Of a stretch of DNA of 64,000 bases, positions 44,804 to 55,737 are shown piece after piece. The stretch is from Nitrospirota bacterium (GTDB lineage Bacteria; Nitrospirota; JACRHJ01), in contig CAVTDB010000009.1 of assembly GCA_963733375.1 (NCBI GenBank), positions 155,018-219,017 on the forward strand. Reading direction: 5' to 3'. Every line of letters starts with the position of its first letter. Position 1 is the first letter of the stretch. The position numbers were made by a program, and so were the translations under genes. The notes below the pieces were generated by a model that worked only from the letters and a program-made list of their open reading frames with translations, was not told where the DNA came from and did no database searches.

Positions 44804-45157
44804 ATGAAAAAGACACTTTTACTCATGCTGTTCAGCCTTATCGCGGTAGCCCTTTCGGCCCCCGTGGCAATGGCTCAGGAAGCGGCAGCGGCGGCGGCAA
44901 CCGGTGACACCAAGAGCATATACGCTTACGTGGCGCTCGGCTCCGGCCTTGGCATCGGCCTTGCGGCGCTCGGCACCGGCATCGGCCAGGGCATCGCGGC
45001 CAACGGCGCGGTCGAGGGCATATCCAGGAACCCCGGCGCTTCCGGCAAGATCATGACCACCATGATCATCGGTCTCGCCATGATCGAGTCCCTGGCCATT
45101 TACGCCCTGGTCGTGGTCCTCATCATGCTGTTCGTGAACCCGTACAAGATATTCTAG
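44804..45157 (+). CDS. atpE: F0F1 ATP synthase subunit c with a signal-like N-terminal extension
   Basis: GxGxGxG repeat, GIGQG, SRNP loop, IESLAIY. Confidence 0.96.
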   Translation: MKKTLLLMLFSLIAVALSAPVAMAQEAAAAAATGDTKSIYAYVALGSGLGIGLAALGTGIGQGIAANGAVEGISRNPGASGKIMTTMIIGLAMIESLAIYALVVVLIMLFVNPYKIF

Positions 45158-45177
45158 TTCACGGCAACAAGGAAAAC

Positions 45178-45221
45178 AAAAAGCCCCGCCCATTAGAATT
45201 TAATGGCGCGGGGCTTTTTTT
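45178..45221. terminator. Bidirectional intrinsic terminator between convergent atpE and rimO
   Basis: AAAAAGCCCCGC-CCATTA...TAATGG-C-GCGGGGCTTTTTTT. Confidence 0.8.
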
Positions 45222-45226
45222 ATAAC

Positions 45227-46724
45227 TCACATCCGGTATGCTACCTCGCCAATGTTTACCCAATCGTCGGGCGCGACCGCCCTCTGCGCGACGAAAGATA
45301 ATGGTCCGCCGGGAGATATCGGATCGCGAGCTAAAGCTTGAATGTCGTCCTTTTTCTTCTGTTTGCGGGGCGCGGCCTTTTCCTCGCCGATGTCCGCCGT
45401 ACCCACCAGGTCGTACGGATGGGCCTCGGTTATAAGGACGTCCGCGAATTCCCCGGTTGCGGGAGTGCCGTCATTGATATAAACGACGCCGTCGATCTCC
45501 GGGGCCTGGAAATAAGCCCTGCCGGAAAGGAGCAGGTCCGTCTCCGCCGAAGGCCCGTCCACAAGCACTTTATAGGTCTTCCCCACTTTCTCTTTATTCT
45601 TCTTGAGCGAGATTTTATTCTGGGCCTTCATTATACTGGTCGCGCCGCTCCAGCGTCAGCTCCTCGCTGACCTTGCCCGAAAACTTCGACGAGGCCGTGG
45701 ACTCTTCGTCGGAATATCCGAAGACGCCGACATGGTCGAACTCGACCTCCTTGACGAACCTCAGGAGTTTTAAAAACTTCTCCTTCGTCTCGCCGGGGAA
45801 GCCCACCATCAGCGAGGTTCTTAGCGCTAACCCAGGTATTTCTTTCCGGAGGCGATCTATGAGCTTTAGAACCTTGGCGGAGGTAACCTTCCTGCCCATT
45901 TTTTTGAGTATGTCGTCATCCGCGTGCTGGATGGGGATGTCGAGGTACTTCACCACCTTCTCGCTCTCGGCCAAAAACTCTATAAGCTCATCCGTAAAGT
46001 GCGCGGGATGCGCGTAAAGAAGCCTTATCCAGGACAACTCCCGAACCTTCTCCAGTTCCTTCAGGAGGCTGGTTATCGACCTCTTCGATTTCGTTTCGGC
46101 GCCGTAGGCCGTTATGTCCTGCGCTATAAGGCATAGCTCCTTGACCCCTTGCGAGGAAAGGATGCGCGCCTCTTCCACGATGGAGTTAATCGGGCGGCTC
46201 CGCAAATTTCCGCGAAGCGCCGGGATGATGCAGTAGGTGCAGCGGTTGTCGCAGCCGTCTGCGATTTTTAAATAGCTCCAGTGCTTCGGGGTGAAACGGA
46301 TGCGGGGGGTGTCATGGCTGTATATAATTTTGGGGACGGGTATCGTACGGCATCTCTCGTCCTCGCCTCTGCCTTTAGAGAGGGATTCGAGGACCTCGGC
46401 TATCCTGTCGAACTCGCCCGTTCCAAGATACGCGTCCACCTCCGGGAGCTCCTTTACGAGCCCGTCTTTATAACGCTGGGCGAGGCATCCCGCGGTGATT
46501 AGATATTTCAGCTTCCCGCGGTCCTTTAAAGAGGCGATTTCAAGTATAGTCTCTATCGACTCCTCGGAGGCGTCTTTTATGAAGGCGCAGGTATTGACAA
46601 CTATCGCCTCCGCCTCGAGCTCGTCGGAAGTAACCGTGTGTCCCGCCTGCTTTATGAGGCCCGCCATCACCTCGGCGTCCACCTGGTTCTTCGGGCATCC
46701 GAGGCTTACCATCCCGACCTTCAT
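45227..46724 (-). CDS. rimO: Ribosomal protein S12 methylthiotransferase (1 frameshift)
   Basis: SLGCPKN, NTCAFI, GCLAQRY, CDNRCTYC radical-SAM motif, and TRAM domain with APEIDG. Confidence 0.95.
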
Positions 46725-46794
46725 TTAATGTCCTTTCCTTTTACGTAAATTCCGGCGGGATAAAAATTCCCCTGCCGACGGCGCGTCTTTTTAC

Positions 46795-48061
46795 TTAGAT
46801 ATAGCCCAGGTCCTTCAGCCTCTGTTTTACCAGCTCATCTTCGGAGTCTTCCGCTTTGACTGCGCCCGCGCCCAAAAGGCTCTCCCGCGCGGTTCCTGTA
46901 CAGCTCCGGCTTGATAACCGAGGCCATTTTCCCGGCGTCCAGGCTGTTGCCGAAGAACCGGCCAAGCTTTCTCGGCGTTCTCGTGCGGGAAAGCGATAAG
47001 CTCGCCGTAGTCCATGTACAGGACATCGAAGTTCGGCTGTCCTGCAAGCCACTCCTTCATGCCCGCGATATGCCGCACATACATCGCTTTCGTTTCGGCG
47101 TCGTCCTTACCCGCCGGCCTTCCCCATCATGTCCAGCATCTTCCGCTGGGAGATCAGCACTTCATCTAGGTCTCTCTCCATAAACACGACCTTGAAGTGA
47201 AAATCCTTGGGGAGGTCGTAGAGCAGCATGGATACCATTTTGAATACCTTGCCCTGCGCCCCGGCGAGCCAGCTTATGTCTTCTTTTATTTCCTTGACCT
47301 TTTCAAACTCATAGTACCCTTCCGGGTTGCCGATATCCGCCTGCCGCACGTTATCGGCCACGACGCCCATCCCGCCCGCTTCCAGCATTTTCATCATCAT
47401 GGAGGTGCCGGTCCTGGGAAGGCCGGAAACCACGGTAATGAAATCCCTCTCCGGGGCGCGGATGATATGCCTTTCGGCAAGGCAGGCTATTATCTTGTCC
47501 ACGCACTGGTGCGGGGTCAGGTTGCCCGTCTCAAGGACAAGCTCCGGGGAGGCGGGCTTTTCGTAAGGGTCGCCGACGCCGGTGAAGCCTTTCACCTCGC
47601 CCGCGCGCGCCTTCTTGTAAAGGCCCTTGGGGTCCCTCTCCTCGCATACCCCTATGGGGCAGTCTACGAATACTTCCAGGAAATCGCCGTCCTTCTGGAT
47701 GGAGCGTGCGCGGTCGCGGTCGGAGCGGTAAGGCGAGATAAACGCGGTGATATTTATGATGCCTTTGCTTGTAAAGAGTTTCGCAAGCTCGGCTATGCGG
47801 CGGATGTTCTCCTCGCGGTCCTCCTTGCCAAAAGCCCAGGTTCTTGTTCAACCCGTGGCGGATGTTGTCGCCGTCAAGGACTATCGTATGGCAGCCGCGC
47901 TCGAAGAGCTTTTTCTCCAGCAGCACCGCTATGGTGGACTTGCCGGAGGCGGAGAGCCCTGTAAGCCATATCGTGGCCCCCTTGTGCCCGTTTACGCGCT
48001 CCCTGTCCTCGCGGGTGATATCCGCCTGGTGCCAGAACACGTTTTCATTTTTTCCCATCAT
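46795..48061 (-). CDS. cysC: Adenylyl-sulfate kinase fused to a sulfotransferase-like domain (frameshifted)
   Basis: IWLTGLSASGKST, LDGDNIRHGL and KGFTGVGDPYE run in frame into VSGLPRTGTSMMM, NPEGYYE and SQRKML; ends VKQRLKDLGYI. Confidence 0.85.
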
Positions 48062-48098
48062 GCCTCCGAATTTCTCTTCCTTGACAGCGGGGGCGCTG

Positions 48099-49502
48099 TC
48101 ATCGTCCGTAATCGTCGTCGAAGCGTACGATATCGTCTTCTTCCAGGTATTCGCCGTTCTGCACCTCGATTATCTGGAGCGGGACTTTGCCCGGGTTCTC
48201 CAGCCGGTGCCTTGTGGACATCGGGATGAAGGTGGACTCGTTCACGTGGACGTTATATTTATTCTCTCCGCTCGTAACCAGCGCGGTCCCGGCGACCACT
48301 ATCCAGTGTTCGCTCCTGTGGTGGTGCATCTGGTAGCTGAGTTTCGCGCCGGGGTTTACCCCTATCCTCTTTATCTTGAACATCGGCCCGGTCTGCATCA
48401 CGGTATAAAAACCCCACGGCCTTCTCACGGTCTTGTGGGTGATATATTCGTCGGACCCTTTTTCTTTAAGGAGCGCCACTACGTCCTTGACCTTCTGCGC
48501 ATCCTCCTTTTTGCACACCAGCGTCGCGTCCGGCGTGTCCACCACGACCAGGCCTTCCAGCCCGATACCCGCGACAAGCCTCTCTTCCGCATAAAACGTG
48601 GTGTCCCTGCAGCCGATGTTTATGGCGTTCCCCACGGTGACGTTCCCGGCTTTGTCCTTCGGGAATATCTCTTCTATCGCCCGCCAGCTCCCAAGGTCCG
48701 ACCATGTGAAATCGACCGGCACAACGGCGACCTTTCCGGAGCGTTCCATAATGCCGTAATCGATGGAGAGCGGCGCGAGTTTGTCGAACTCCGCCGCTAT
48801 GACCTTCTGTTCTTTTTCGGTCCCTATCGCGCCCGATATCTTCTTCAGAGACTTGTAAAGCGGCGGCATGTGGGGCTTTATCTCGTCCAGTATCGTCTGC
48901 GCCTTCCAGACGAACATCCCGCTGTTCCAGAGATACTGGGAAGAGGCCAGGTATTCTTTCGCGGTCTTTAAGTCCGGCTTCTCCACGAACTGCTCCACCT
49001 TGAAGGCCCCGCCGGATATGGGAGCGCCGGTCTTTATATACCCGTAGCCGGTCTCGGGGCGGCCGGGTTTTATCCCGAAGACGACTAAGTAGCCTTCCTT
49101 CGCGAGCTTCTCCGCCTTCTTGAGCGCCGCGTGGAACTTCTCTTTTTCCTTTATGAGGTGGTCGGACGGAAGCACCGCCATTACACAGCCCGGGCTGGCG
49201 TGTTCCATATATATCGCGCCAAGGCCTACGGCGGGGGCGGTATTCCGGGGGACTGGCTCAAGGATGACCTCCGGCTGTCCGCCGGGAATCTCGCTTAGCT
49301 GGGAGTTCACGTCCACCTTCAGCTTATCGCTGGTTATCACGCATATGTCTTTCGGCTTCACCAGCGGGCTTAAGCGGAGTACGGTCTGCTGAAGGAGCGT
49401 GTCCTTTCCGTCGCCAAGCTTTAATAGCTGCTTCGGGTAAAGTTCGCGCGAAAGCGGCCAGAACCTCGTACCCTGGCCTCCCGCAAGGATAAGGGCTTTC
49501 AT
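48099..49502 (-). CDS. manC: Mannose-1-phosphate guanylyltransferase / mannose-6-phosphate isomerase
   Basis: LAGGQGTRFWPLSR..PKQ, RNTAPA, FVEKP, WNSGMF, SIDY, and cupin RPWG...HHRSEHW. Confidence 0.95.
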   Translation of the reverse strand: MKALILAGGQGTRFWPLSRELYPKQLLKLGDGKDTLLQQTVLRLSPLVKPKDICVITSDKLKVDVNSQLSEIPGGQPEVILEPVPRNTAPAVGLGAIYMEHASPGCVMAVLPSDHLIKEKEKFHAALKKAEKLAKEGYLVVFGIKPGRPETGYGYIKTGAPISGGAFKVEQFVEKPDLKTAKEYLASSQYLWNSGMFVWKAQTILDEIKPHMPPLYKSLKKISGAIGTEKEQKVIAAEFDKLAPLSIDYGIMERSGKVAVVPVDFTWSDLGSWRAIEEIFPKDKAGNVTVGNAINIGCRDTTFYAEERLVAGIGLEGLVVVDTPDATLVCKKEDAQKVKDVVALLKEKGSDEYITHKTVRRPWGFYTVMQTGPMFKIKRIGVNPGAKLSYQMHHHRSEHWIVVAGTALVTSGENKYNVHVNESTFIPMSTRHRLENPGKVPLQIIEVQNGEYLEEDDIVRFDDDYGR

Positions 49503-50057
49503 CTAAATTTCCTGCTTCTCTATTTTTTCCCGCTCTTCCATTTTTTCCTGCTTCAGCTTTTCCTTGCCCCTGCGGTAATATTTAATCCCGAAAAAGGCAA
49601 ATACGTATGCGACTACCGCGGTAGCCGCGCCGGCGGCCATGGTGCCGAAGATGAATGCGGACACGTAGGGCTTGAACTCTCTGGCGAAGCCCTTCCAGAA
49701 GGCCATCTGCCAAACGGTATGCTGCGCGGTATGCTTTAGGAAGTGCGTCGATATGAGGTCGTAGTTCATCGGGTGGATGTCGGAGCCCAGGTAGCGCATC
49801 GCGGATACCATAAGCCATGTGGGGCCGATATATACGAAAGCGATGGTCCAGGGGTTGTTTACGAATGTCCCGGTAAGGGCCGCCAGCTTGTTCAGCCTGA
49901 ACGCCCAGGCCACGATAAGGATTATTGCGGTATGAAGGCCCAGGAAGGGCGTGAAGGCGACAAAAACGCCCGCGGCGAAGGCCTTGGCCAGCTCGTGCGG
50001 CGTCTCGTCCACGTGGAGGAGATTTCTTATATGTTGTTTAATTTTTGACCCGGTCAT
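49503..50057 (-). CDS. DUF2062-family membrane protein
   Basis: TPHELA.AFA.GVF..F.P..G.HT, NNPWT. Confidence 0.8.
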   Translation of the reverse strand: MTGSKIKQHIRNLLHVDETPHELAKAFAAGVFVAFTPFLGLHTAIILIVAWAFRLNKLAALTGTFVNNPWTIAFVYIGPTWLMVSAMRYLGSDIHPMNYDLISTHFLKHTAQHTVWQMAFWKGFAREFKPYVSAFIFGTMAAGAATAVVAYVFAFFGIKYYRRGKEKLKQEKMEEREKIEKQEI

Positions 50058-51077
50058 TCAAAATGCTCGTAGCCCTCAGGCTTCAACGCCTTCCTTATTC
50101 CGTTTTCCAACTCAAGGTACGCCCGGTCTCCCTTCAGCACCTCCCCGATTTTCGTAAACGTTACCCCTGCTCTCTTGCCAAGCGCGGAAAGCCCGCGTTC
50201 CCCTTTCAGGACCCCTCACGGTGAACAGAAGCTCGTAGTCCTCGCCTCCTGAAAGGCTGAGCTTGATGGCCCTTTCCCTGCCGGCATATGCGGCCAGTTC
50301 CCTTGAAACCGGCAGCTTCTCTTCGAATATTACCGCCCCGGCGCCGCTTGCCTCGGTGATATGCCGGAGGTCGGAAGAAAGCCCGTCGCTTATATCTATC
50401 ATCGAGGAGGCGATGCCGCTCTTACTTAGCAGCCTGCCCGCCTTGACCCTCGCCTCCGGCCTCAGATGCCGGGATACCAGAAATTTTTCGCGGACCGCGA
50501 TGCCTGCGAGCCGCGCCCTGCTTTCAGTATTTCCAGTCCCGCCGCGGAATCGCCCAGGGTGCCGGTGACCCAGATGCCGTCTCCGGGCCTGGCGCCGGAG
50601 CGCTTTACCGCCCGGCCTTTTTCCACCTGGCCTATCACGGAGACGCTTATGAAAAGCGGCCCCGGCGTATTGCAGGTATCCCCGCCCGCGAGCCTCGCGC
50701 CTTCCGCGGCCTCTTCCATGCCCGCGAATATCCGCTTAAAGTCCCGGAGTTCCATTTCTCCCGGCGCGGCAATGGAGACGAAATACAGAAGCGGCTCTCC
50801 GCCCATCGCGGCTATGTCGCTTAAGTTCGCCGCGAGCGCTTTATAGCCCAGGTCTTTTGGCCCGGTATATGAAAGGTCGAAATGGACCCCTTCAATCAGC
50901 AGGTCCGTGGAGACAAGGCACTCAAACCCCGCCTTGACCTTGAAGACCGCGGCGTCGTCCCCGATGCCCGTCTTCAGAAAATCTCCCGGCCCGCCTTTTT
51001 TCACGGCCGCCTTTTTTGGCGGCCCCTTCCGCTATTTTCGTAATCGCCCCGAATTCGCCGATGCGGCTCAGCTTCAT
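50054..51077 (-). CDS. thiL: Thiamine-monophosphate kinase (frameshifted)
   Basis: [47 protein letters not shown]. Confidence 0.93.
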
Positions 51078-53432
51078 TTTAAAAGAGCGATGTCCAGCAC
51101 CTCGTCCATGTGCTCGACAAACCTTATCTCAAGGCTCTTGCGGACGATCTTGGGGATGTCCTCGATGTCTTTCGCGTTCCGTTTCGGGACTATCACCGTC
51201 TTTATGCCCGCGCGCCTCGCCGCGAGCGTCTTCTCTTTCAGGCCTCCGATCGGGAGCACCCTTCCGCGCAGCGTAATCTCGCCGGTCATGGCCACGTCCT
51301 TTTTGACCGGCCTGCCGGTCAGCGCGGAGGTGATGGCGGTACCCATCGTGACTCCGGCGGACGGCCCGTCCTTAGGTATTGCCCCCGCCGGCACGTGTAT
51401 ATGGATGTCCGTCTTCCCGAAGACGTCCTCTTTAATACCCAGGGCCGGGGCCTTCGAGCGGACGTATGAAAGCGCGGCCTGCGCGGACTCCTTCATCACC
51501 TCGCCCAGATGGCCGGTGAGGGTAAGGCTGCCCTTGCCCTTCATGGTAGTGGCCTCGATGAACAGGATTTCGCCGCCGCTCTCCGTCCAGGCAAGGCCCG
51601 TCGCGACGCCGACCTCGTCCTTCTCGCGCTCTTCCTCCGGCAGGTAACGCGGGCGGGCCCACGTACCTGTACAGGTCTTTGGGGGTGATGTGCAGGGGGC
51701 CTTTCTTGCCCTCGGCGATCTTCCGGGCGACCTTCCTGCAGATGTTGGCGATCTCGCGCTCCAGGTTCCTTAGGCCCGACTCCCTCGTGTACTGCGATAT
51801 GAGCTGGGTAAGGGCCTGGTCCGAGATCAGTATATCCTTCTCCGTCACCCCGTTTTCGACTAACTGGCGCGGGATGAGGTATTTCAACGCGATGCCTTTC
51901 TTTTCCTCTTCGGTATAGCCCGCGATATGGATGACCTCCATCCTGTCCCTGAGGGCCGGGATGATGGGGTCGGCAAGGTTCGCGGTGGTGATGAACATGA
52001 CGTTGCTAAGGTCGAACGGCACGGCCAGGTAGTGGTCCACGAACGCGAAGTTCTGCTCCGGGTCCAGCACTTCGAGGAGAGCCGCGGACGGGTCTCCCCG
52101 GAAGTCCGCGCCGACCTTGTCCACCTCGTCCAGCATGAACACGGGGTTATTGGTGTTGCACTGCCTGATGCCCTGAATAATCCTGCCCGGCAGCGCGCCG
52201 ACGTAAGTGCGCCTGTGTCCCCGTATTTCCGCCTCGTCTCTTATGCCGCCCAGGGACATCCTGAAGAACTCGCGGCCCAGCGCGCGGGCGATGGATTTGC
52301 CGAGCGAGGTCTTGCCGACGCCCGGCGGGCCGACGAAGCAGAGTATCGGTCCTTTAAGCTTGTCTTTCAGCTTCCGTACCGCGAGATATTCGAGGATCCT
52401 GTCCTTGACCTTCTCCAGGTCGTAGTGGTCTTCGTCCAGGATCTTCTTGGCGCCCTTGATGTCCAGGTTGTCCTGGGTGGTTATCGACCAGGGAAGCTCG
52501 GCCAGGGTCTCTATGTACGAGCGTATGACGGCGGATTCGGCGGCGTCCGGGTGCATCCTCTCGAGGCGCTTCAGCTGCTTTTCCGTCTCCGCAAGCACCT
52601 TCTCCGGCATCTTCGCCTCTTCCACTTTCTTTCTGAGGTCGTTTATCTCCTCGGTCCGCTCGTCGGTCTCGCCAAGCTCCTTCTGGATGGCCTTCAACTG
52701 CTCGCGCAGGAAGTACTCCCGCTGGCTCTTGTCTATCTCGCCGCGCGCGGAGGCCTGGATCTTCTGCTGCATGGTGAGGACTTCGAGCTCCTTGGAGATT
52801 ATCTCGTTCACCTTTATCAGGCGCTCCTTCGGGTCCAGTATCTCCAGCACCTCCTGGGCGATATCGACCTTCAGGCCCAGGTTGGAGGCCACGAGGTCCG
52901 CAAGCTTGCCCGGGTCGTCGATATTCTCCACTATGACCATGATGTCCGGCAGGAGCATCTTGCCCAGGGTTATCATCTTCTCGAGCTGCTCCTTGACGTT
53001 TCTCATCAGGGCCTCGGCCTCGAGAGTGAGCTTCTCGTCCTTGGGTTCCGTTATCTTCTCGATGTTCACCAGGAAGTACGGCTCCGTCTGGACGAAGTCC
53101 TTGATGCGGGCCTTGGACATTCCCTGGACGAGCACCTTCACCCGTCCGTCCGGGAGCTTCAGCATCCGCATTATCATCCCTACCGTGCCCACCGGGTAGA
53201 GGTCCTTGGGTTCCGGGTTCTCGGTGTTCAAGTCCTTCTGCGCCACGAGCAGGATGAGCCTGTTCCCGGATAAGGCGTCGTCAATCGCCTTTATGGACAT
53301 GTCCCGCCCGACGAAAAGCGGCAGTATCATGTACGGGAAGATGACTATATCCCTTATCGGCAGCAGCGGGAGTTTGTCCGGTATCTCTACCTGCTGCTGT
53401 TCTTCCTGAGGTTGTTCGTTTAGTTCGGCCAC
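51074..53432 (-). CDS. lon: ATP-dependent Lon protease (1 frameshift)
   Basis: [42 protein letters not shown]. Confidence 0.97.
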
Positions 53433-53448
53433 TATGCTCTGGTCTCCT

Positions 53449-53898
53449 TTATCCTGATTTTTTCTCTATTTTTATCCTTATCGGCTCCCCGCGCTTCTCT
53501 TCCACCTTCGGGAAGGTTATCTTTAAAACGCCCCTGGCATAGACCGCTCTCGCTTTTTTGGGGTTTATAGGGACTGTAATCCTTACTATCCTCTTGAACG
53601 GCTCGAAAGAGCGCTCCAGGCAGAGGTAGTTCATCTTTTCGCTCTCGTCCTGCCTCTCCCTTTTCATCCCCTCTATCGTCAGGAACCCGTGGAACATGCA
53701 AAGCGCAATCCCGGCCGGGTCTATACCCGGCAGGTCCGCCTCCACGACCACGCTTTCCTTCGTCTCGTAGAGGTCGAGCAGCGGGCCCGACGTCTCGCCC
53801 AGGTTCGCGTTTCTCTCTTCCTCCTCGATAAGCCTGAGGAGGTTCTTCAGTTCCTCTCCCACCATGTTAGCTGGGAAAATCCCTTTTTTCACGGCCAT
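53449..53898 (-). CDS. Hsp20/alpha-crystallin small heat-shock protein
   Basis: [30 protein letters not shown]. Confidence 0.88.
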   Translation of the reverse strand: MAVKKGIFPANMVGEELKNLLRLIEEEERNANLGETSGPLLDLYETKESVVVEADLPGIDPAGIALCMFHGFLTIEGMKRERQDESEKMNYLCLERSFEPFKRIVRITVPINPKKARAVYARGVLKITFPKVEEKRGEPIRIKIEKKSG

Positions 53899-53917
53899 TT
53901 CAGCCTTCTCCCCCGGC

Positions 53918-54826
53918 TCACTCCGCCGGCTGCCTCAACCTTAATTCATTCACGTATTTCCTGAATTCACGGCCCAGCGACGGGTCCTTGAGGGCGTACT
54001 CCACGGTCGCCTTTAAAAACCCCAGCTTGTCGCCGGCGTCATATCGCACGCCCTTGAACTTGCAGGCGTAAATGGGCCGGTCCCTCATCAGTTCCCGAAG
54101 CCCGTCGGTGAGTTGTATCTCTCCGCCCTTGCCGGGCTTGGTCCCCTTTAAATACTCGAATATGTCCGGGGTAAGGACATACCGGCCTATTATGGCAAGG
54201 TTGGAAGGCGACTTTTCAACGGAGGGCTTCTCCACCATCTCCCGTACCTGGTAAACTCCCGGCTCCACCTCCACGGCGTCTATTATGCCGTAGCTGGATA
54301 CGGACTCCCTGGGCACCTCGCATATCGCCACCACCGGGGAACGGTACTTTTCGTACACGTCCATCAACTGCTTTGTGGCAGGCACTTTCGAGTCTATTAT
54401 ATCGTCGGAGAGGATGACCGCGAACGGCTCGTCGTCCACGGCAGGCTCCGCGCAGAGCACCGCGTGCCCGAGGCCCAGGGCCTTCTTCTGGCGGATATAG
54501 GAGAAAAGGACCATGTTGGATATCCTCTCCACCTCCGCCAGGAGCCTGAGCTTGTTTTTCTCCCTGAGCTCGTATTCCAGCTCGAAGGATGTATCGAAAT
54601 GGTCTTCGATGGCGCGCTTTCCGCGCCCGGTGATGATGACGACCTCCTCTATCCCGGAGGCCACCGCCTCCTCCACGCCGTACTGGATGAGCGGCTTGTC
54701 AACGAGGGGAAGCATCTCTTTTGGCGACGCCTTCGTGGCCGGAAGGAACCGGGTGCCAAGGCCGGCGGCTGGAAAAACGGCTTTTCTGATATTGTGGCCC
54801 TTCTTCTCGCCCCTCTCCAAAGACAT
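53918..54826 (-). CDS. galU: UTP-glucose-1-phosphate uridylyltransferase
   Basis: AVFPAAGLGTRFLPATKASPKEMLP, LGLGHAV, VEKP, GEIQLTD. Confidence 0.96.
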   Translation of the reverse strand: MSLERGEKKGHNIRKAVFPAAGLGTRFLPATKASPKEMLPLVDKPLIQYGVEEAVASGIEEVVIITGRGKRAIEDHFDTSFELEYELREKNKLRLLAEVERISNMVLFSYIRQKKALGLGHAVLCAEPAVDDEPFAVILSDDIIDSKVPATKQLMDVYEKYRSPVVAICEVPRESVSSYGIIDAVEVEPGVYQVREMVEKPSVEKSPSNLAIIGRYVLTPDIFEYLKGTKPGKGGEIQLTDGLRELMRDRPIYACKFKGVRYDAGDKLGFLKATVEYALKDPSLGREFRKYVNELRLRQPAE

Positions 54827-54899
54827 ACCTCCCTTTCGCCCATTATGCGAGCAGCCCGACGTCGTATAAGTTTATTTAAAACAAGAGTAAAAGTCAATC

Positions 54900-55495
54900 T
54901 TATTGTGCCAGTTGGGGATATATCGCCCTTGCCTGGCTGATTGCCGCCTGAAGCTCGCCGTCGTTATCGATTACCCATGAGGCGTATCTTTTTTTCTCGT
55001 CCAGAGGCATCTGAGACTCTATCCTTAGCCTCGCCTCCTCCGGCGAGAGACGGCAGTTTTTAACCAGCCTGTCGATCTGCGTCTGCCTCCTGCACCAGAC
55101 CACGATTACCCCGTCCATCCGGCGGTAAGCCCCGGATTCTATAAGGAGCGCGGCGTCGAAAACTATAACCGCGCCCGGCTCTTTCCGGGAAATCCCATCC
55201 GTTATCTCCGCCTCCCGGCGAAATACCTCCGGGTGGACGATGCCCTCGAGCGCGGCCCGCTTCCCGGGTCCCTGAACACTATGCCGCCAAGCGCCTTTCT
55301 GTCTATGCGCCCGTCGGAGGAGAGTATCCTTTTGCCGAAGAGTTTTACAGTCTCGGAATATGCCGCCGTACCCGGCATCAGCACCTCCCGCGCAAGCAGG
55401 TCCGCGTCTATTATCCGCGCGCCCATCTCCTTAAGGACATGGCTTATCGTGCTCTTCCCGGACGCTATCCCGCCCGTCAGGCCGATTTTTTTCAT
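54900..55495 (-). CDS. coaE: Dephospho-CoA kinase (frameshifted)
   Basis: IGLTGGIASGKST, IDAD, IDRKALG, RIESQMP, IDNDG. Confidence 0.93.
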
Positions 55496-55737
55496 GTGAA
55501 CAGCCCCTTTTTGCCGTAATTATAGCTTTTTTTCGTCAGTTCATGTTAAAAAAATCCGGCAATGCGGGGGGATGGTTATCTTATGCCATTATACAAGATT
55601 GCTATTTTAATGATTCCGGGGGATTTTTCTATTATTACAAGATTATGACTTCCGTCTATAAAAATTAACTGGATTTAATGAATGCAATTTAGTATAAATT
55701 GCTAACATCGTAAATCCACGAGTACTAAGGAGGCAAA

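Noticed and set aside
44804-44905. Signal-peptide-like extension on AtpE and the isolated atpBE locus
   Set aside because: Both are known in deltaproteobacteria-like lineages, so they are not novel.
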